NCBI RefSeq assembly: GCF_001194135.2
Contig: NC_068987.1
Coordinates: forward strand, 2,520,337 to 2,584,336
DNA: 64,000 nt
Direction of reading: 5' to 3'
DNA from: Octopus bimaculoides
Taxonomy: Eukaryota
Below are positions 61,447 to 64,000 of the stretch, piece after piece (position 1 is the first letter of the stretch; every line of letters starts with the position of its first letter). Below the pieces are notes generated by a model that ran no database searches, was not told the DNA's origin, and was given only the letters and a program-made list of their open reading frames with translations. The position numbers were made by a program, and so were the translations under genes.

Positions 61447-62549
61447 CCAAAGTACTGTTGCTGAATATCGCTCGTTGTGAGATTTACAAATAGTAATTTT
61501 CTATCTCAAGACAAGTTTTAAACTTTTTTAAGACTTCATCAGCAAAGTTGCCAATATGCTGATGAAATGGCGGCAGTGGTGGTGATGATGGATCTCCGTC
61601 GTTTGGCGACGAGGATTCAGTTGTTCAATAAACTGAATTATCTGCAATGAAAATGTAGATCCAGCCACTAGGGGAAACCCTACACGGTCGCTTGATGCGT
61701 TAGAAATAGCAACCAAACCTCACTCAAATGACATTTTGCCCGTCTGAAATAAAGCTGGCTTATATACACAAAGAGACTTCGTCACGACTGACACATGCGT
61801 GATATCGTATGTGCGTTGGATCACGTTTAACCTAAGGCGAAACAACAACAAAAGAATCCTAATATTGGCAGGTGTAGGAAAATATTGAATTACTTACAAA
61901 TTGAATGTTAAAAGTGTTGTGAAACATAACTTACTACGACATTCATATTTCCATTTATGGTCCTAAGCTTTCACACTTATTCATGTATGAAATCGAAACG
62001 AAAACAGTACAGTCATGAAAGTTTCATTATAAGATATGACATAAGCTGTTTTTCTATCGACTTCCTTAAATATTACAATACAATGACAGATCGGCAAAAG
62101 AGTTCACGGTGATATACCACCAAAATATAGTACAGTAAATGAGTGAAAAAACAAACACACAGCTCCGGACGAAGTAGACAGAAAAGAAATTAGATCTTGA
62201 AAAGAGAGGGTTTGTCATTGATGAAGTCGCGAATAGAGACGAAAGGACTTTGACGAACAAACAACAAATTGATTTTCGTTAACCAACACATTAAATAGAT
62301 GATCGATTAGTTAGTTAGATATTTAACCGATTGATGAACAATAAGTAGTGATATTGAACAAGTGCATATGTTGATTATCTTTGGTTCACTGAGAGACAAA
62401 TTTTGCTTCAATCCATACAATACTTTATTTTCCGTTAAAATTTCTTATTTACTTTCTGCCCGTCGTATTAAGAAACAATTTCCTTTACCAAGTTATTTTC
62501 ATTGTTTACTATCTTCTGCACTCGTGTTTTTCTGTATACATATATAACC

Positions 62550-63190
62550 ATGCCTAGAAGGAAAGTGTCAAATTTGTCTACAATATCAAGGTCAACCAAA
62601 AGAATGTCCCTATCCAGGGAAAGAGAGACAGCTGCAGAAAGGGAAGCATACCAAGAAACTAAGAGACTGTGTACGACAAAAGTCAGATCATCTCAAAGTG
62701 ATGAACAGAGGCATGTACGGCTGATAAGGAATAGGATCACCACTGCAAAACGAAGAGTAGTTGCAACAGCTCAGAGAAGCAACTTCTATGAAGCAGCTTT
62801 CAATTATGATCCAGCAGTTCATTATGCAGATGACACTAGAGTTTCCATTGGTGCAGTGACAACTGAGTGTATACATTGTAAAGCAAAGAAGTGGCCTGGA
62901 GAGATACCTGCACTGTGTTGGTGTGGTGAAAAGGTTAAACTCCTTGCAATCCCCCAACCTCCGGAGACATTGAAGAAACTGCTGTCATCAACTGCCCAAG
63001 ATTGCAAGCACTTCCAAATCAAAAGTAGACAGTACAACGATGCACTAGAGATGACATCATTTGGAGCCACAATAGATTTAACTGAGCCAGGATTCGTGCA
63101 AACTTTCAATGTCCAGGGTCAGATTTATCATTGGATTGACTCTCTACTACCCCTGTCAAATGAATCACCAAAATTTCTTCAAATATATTT
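62550..63190 (+). mobile_element. Helitron RepHel N-terminal coding fragment (open about 213 codons, truncated)
   Basis: EAAFNYDP...IGAVTTECIHCKAKKWPGE...LCWCGEKVKL...PPETLKKLL...RQYNDALEMTSFGA...TFNVQGQIYHWIDSLLP...PKFLQIYF, the characteristic Helitron pre-Rep region. Confidence 0.9.
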
Positions 63191-63191
63191 T

Positions 63192-63336
63192 ACTAGCAGA
63201 AATACCAGGCGTTGCCCGCGTTAAAGAAAATAATGAAATTTAAAATCGCCGTCTAGATTACGCAGGTCTCGACTGCTAGTTTATATATAAAATACTACTA
63301 TTAGCCCTCATTTTTTATGACGTGGGGCCAGCTAGT
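63192..63336. mobile_element. Cluster of three Helitron-type CTAGT 3' termini
   Basis: Minus end CGGGCAACGCCTGGTATTTCTG-CTAGT (63192-63219); plus ends ...CTCGACTG-CTAGT (63276-63280) and GCCCTCAT...ATGACGTGGGGC-CAG-CTAGT (63332-63336). Confidence 0.55.
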
Positions 63337-63546
63337 ATATATATAATAACAGATACTTTTACATCCACCAGCTTAGAGTACAACAACTGGTCGCAACCGT
63401 GGGTGTCTTAATTCACCCAAGCGAGTGGCTTAACATCGGTGTGTGGGTGTCTTCCTCTTGGTCCTATTTCCTTTTCATATATTTGTTTGTGTACGCTTAT
63501 ATATTGGTGTCTTGTATGTGTATGTTTATATCAGACAGGTTCCACG

Positions 63547-63587
<41 letters not shown>

Positions 63588-63588
63588 T

Positions 63589-63625
<37 letters not shown>

Positions 63626-63729
63626 GCCCCACCTATCGTTTTTATATAACTACATATCTTTACATCCCCACACTCTAATAATTCATTTTTTGCAACCCGT
63701 TTTATTGAAAGGATGACTGAGTACCGGCG

Positions 63730-63804
<75 letters not shown>

Positions 63805-64000
63805 GTTGTTGTTGTTGCTGTTATCTTTTTTTGTTTACGGGCCCATCCTTCATTGTGAGAAGTTAAATATTGAAAAGGAGTGATAAATGTGTGTTTATAT
63901 GTATGCAAATATACATTAATGCATATGTATTTATCTGTATGTTTATGTGTATATACACCCATTTGTGCGTGTGCGCGCTCACATGTATGTACACGCATGT

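Overview
AT-rich, repeat-saturated eukaryotic DNA with 10 N-gaps, most flanked by micro- or minisatellites. The repeat landscape suggests an intronic or intergenic region of an octopod (Octopus-like) draft genome; this is an inference from repeat families, not a database result. No host protein-coding exon can be called with confidence, and most listed ORFs are microsatellite or gap artefacts. The window holds many copies of three tRNA-headed SINE families (labelled A, B, C here) and decayed DNA transposons: several Tc1/mariner, Tigger/pogo, a hAT-Buster, a Helentron-type non-autonomous element and a Helitron Rep N-terminal fragment. It also holds a Gypsy gag-protease-RT remnant and probable RTE and R4-like LINE scraps. 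The most interesting signal is a set of minimal type I hammerhead-ribozyme motifs (CTGATGA-stem II-GAAA-palindromic stem III-UH-stem I) from several sequence families, nearly all on the minus strand. One lies inside a tRNA-headed SINE-like element (about 39995-40265). Another lies in the loop of a 79-bp inverted repeat (61153-61446). Dead transposase genes here have also spawned internal tandem and inverted duplications.
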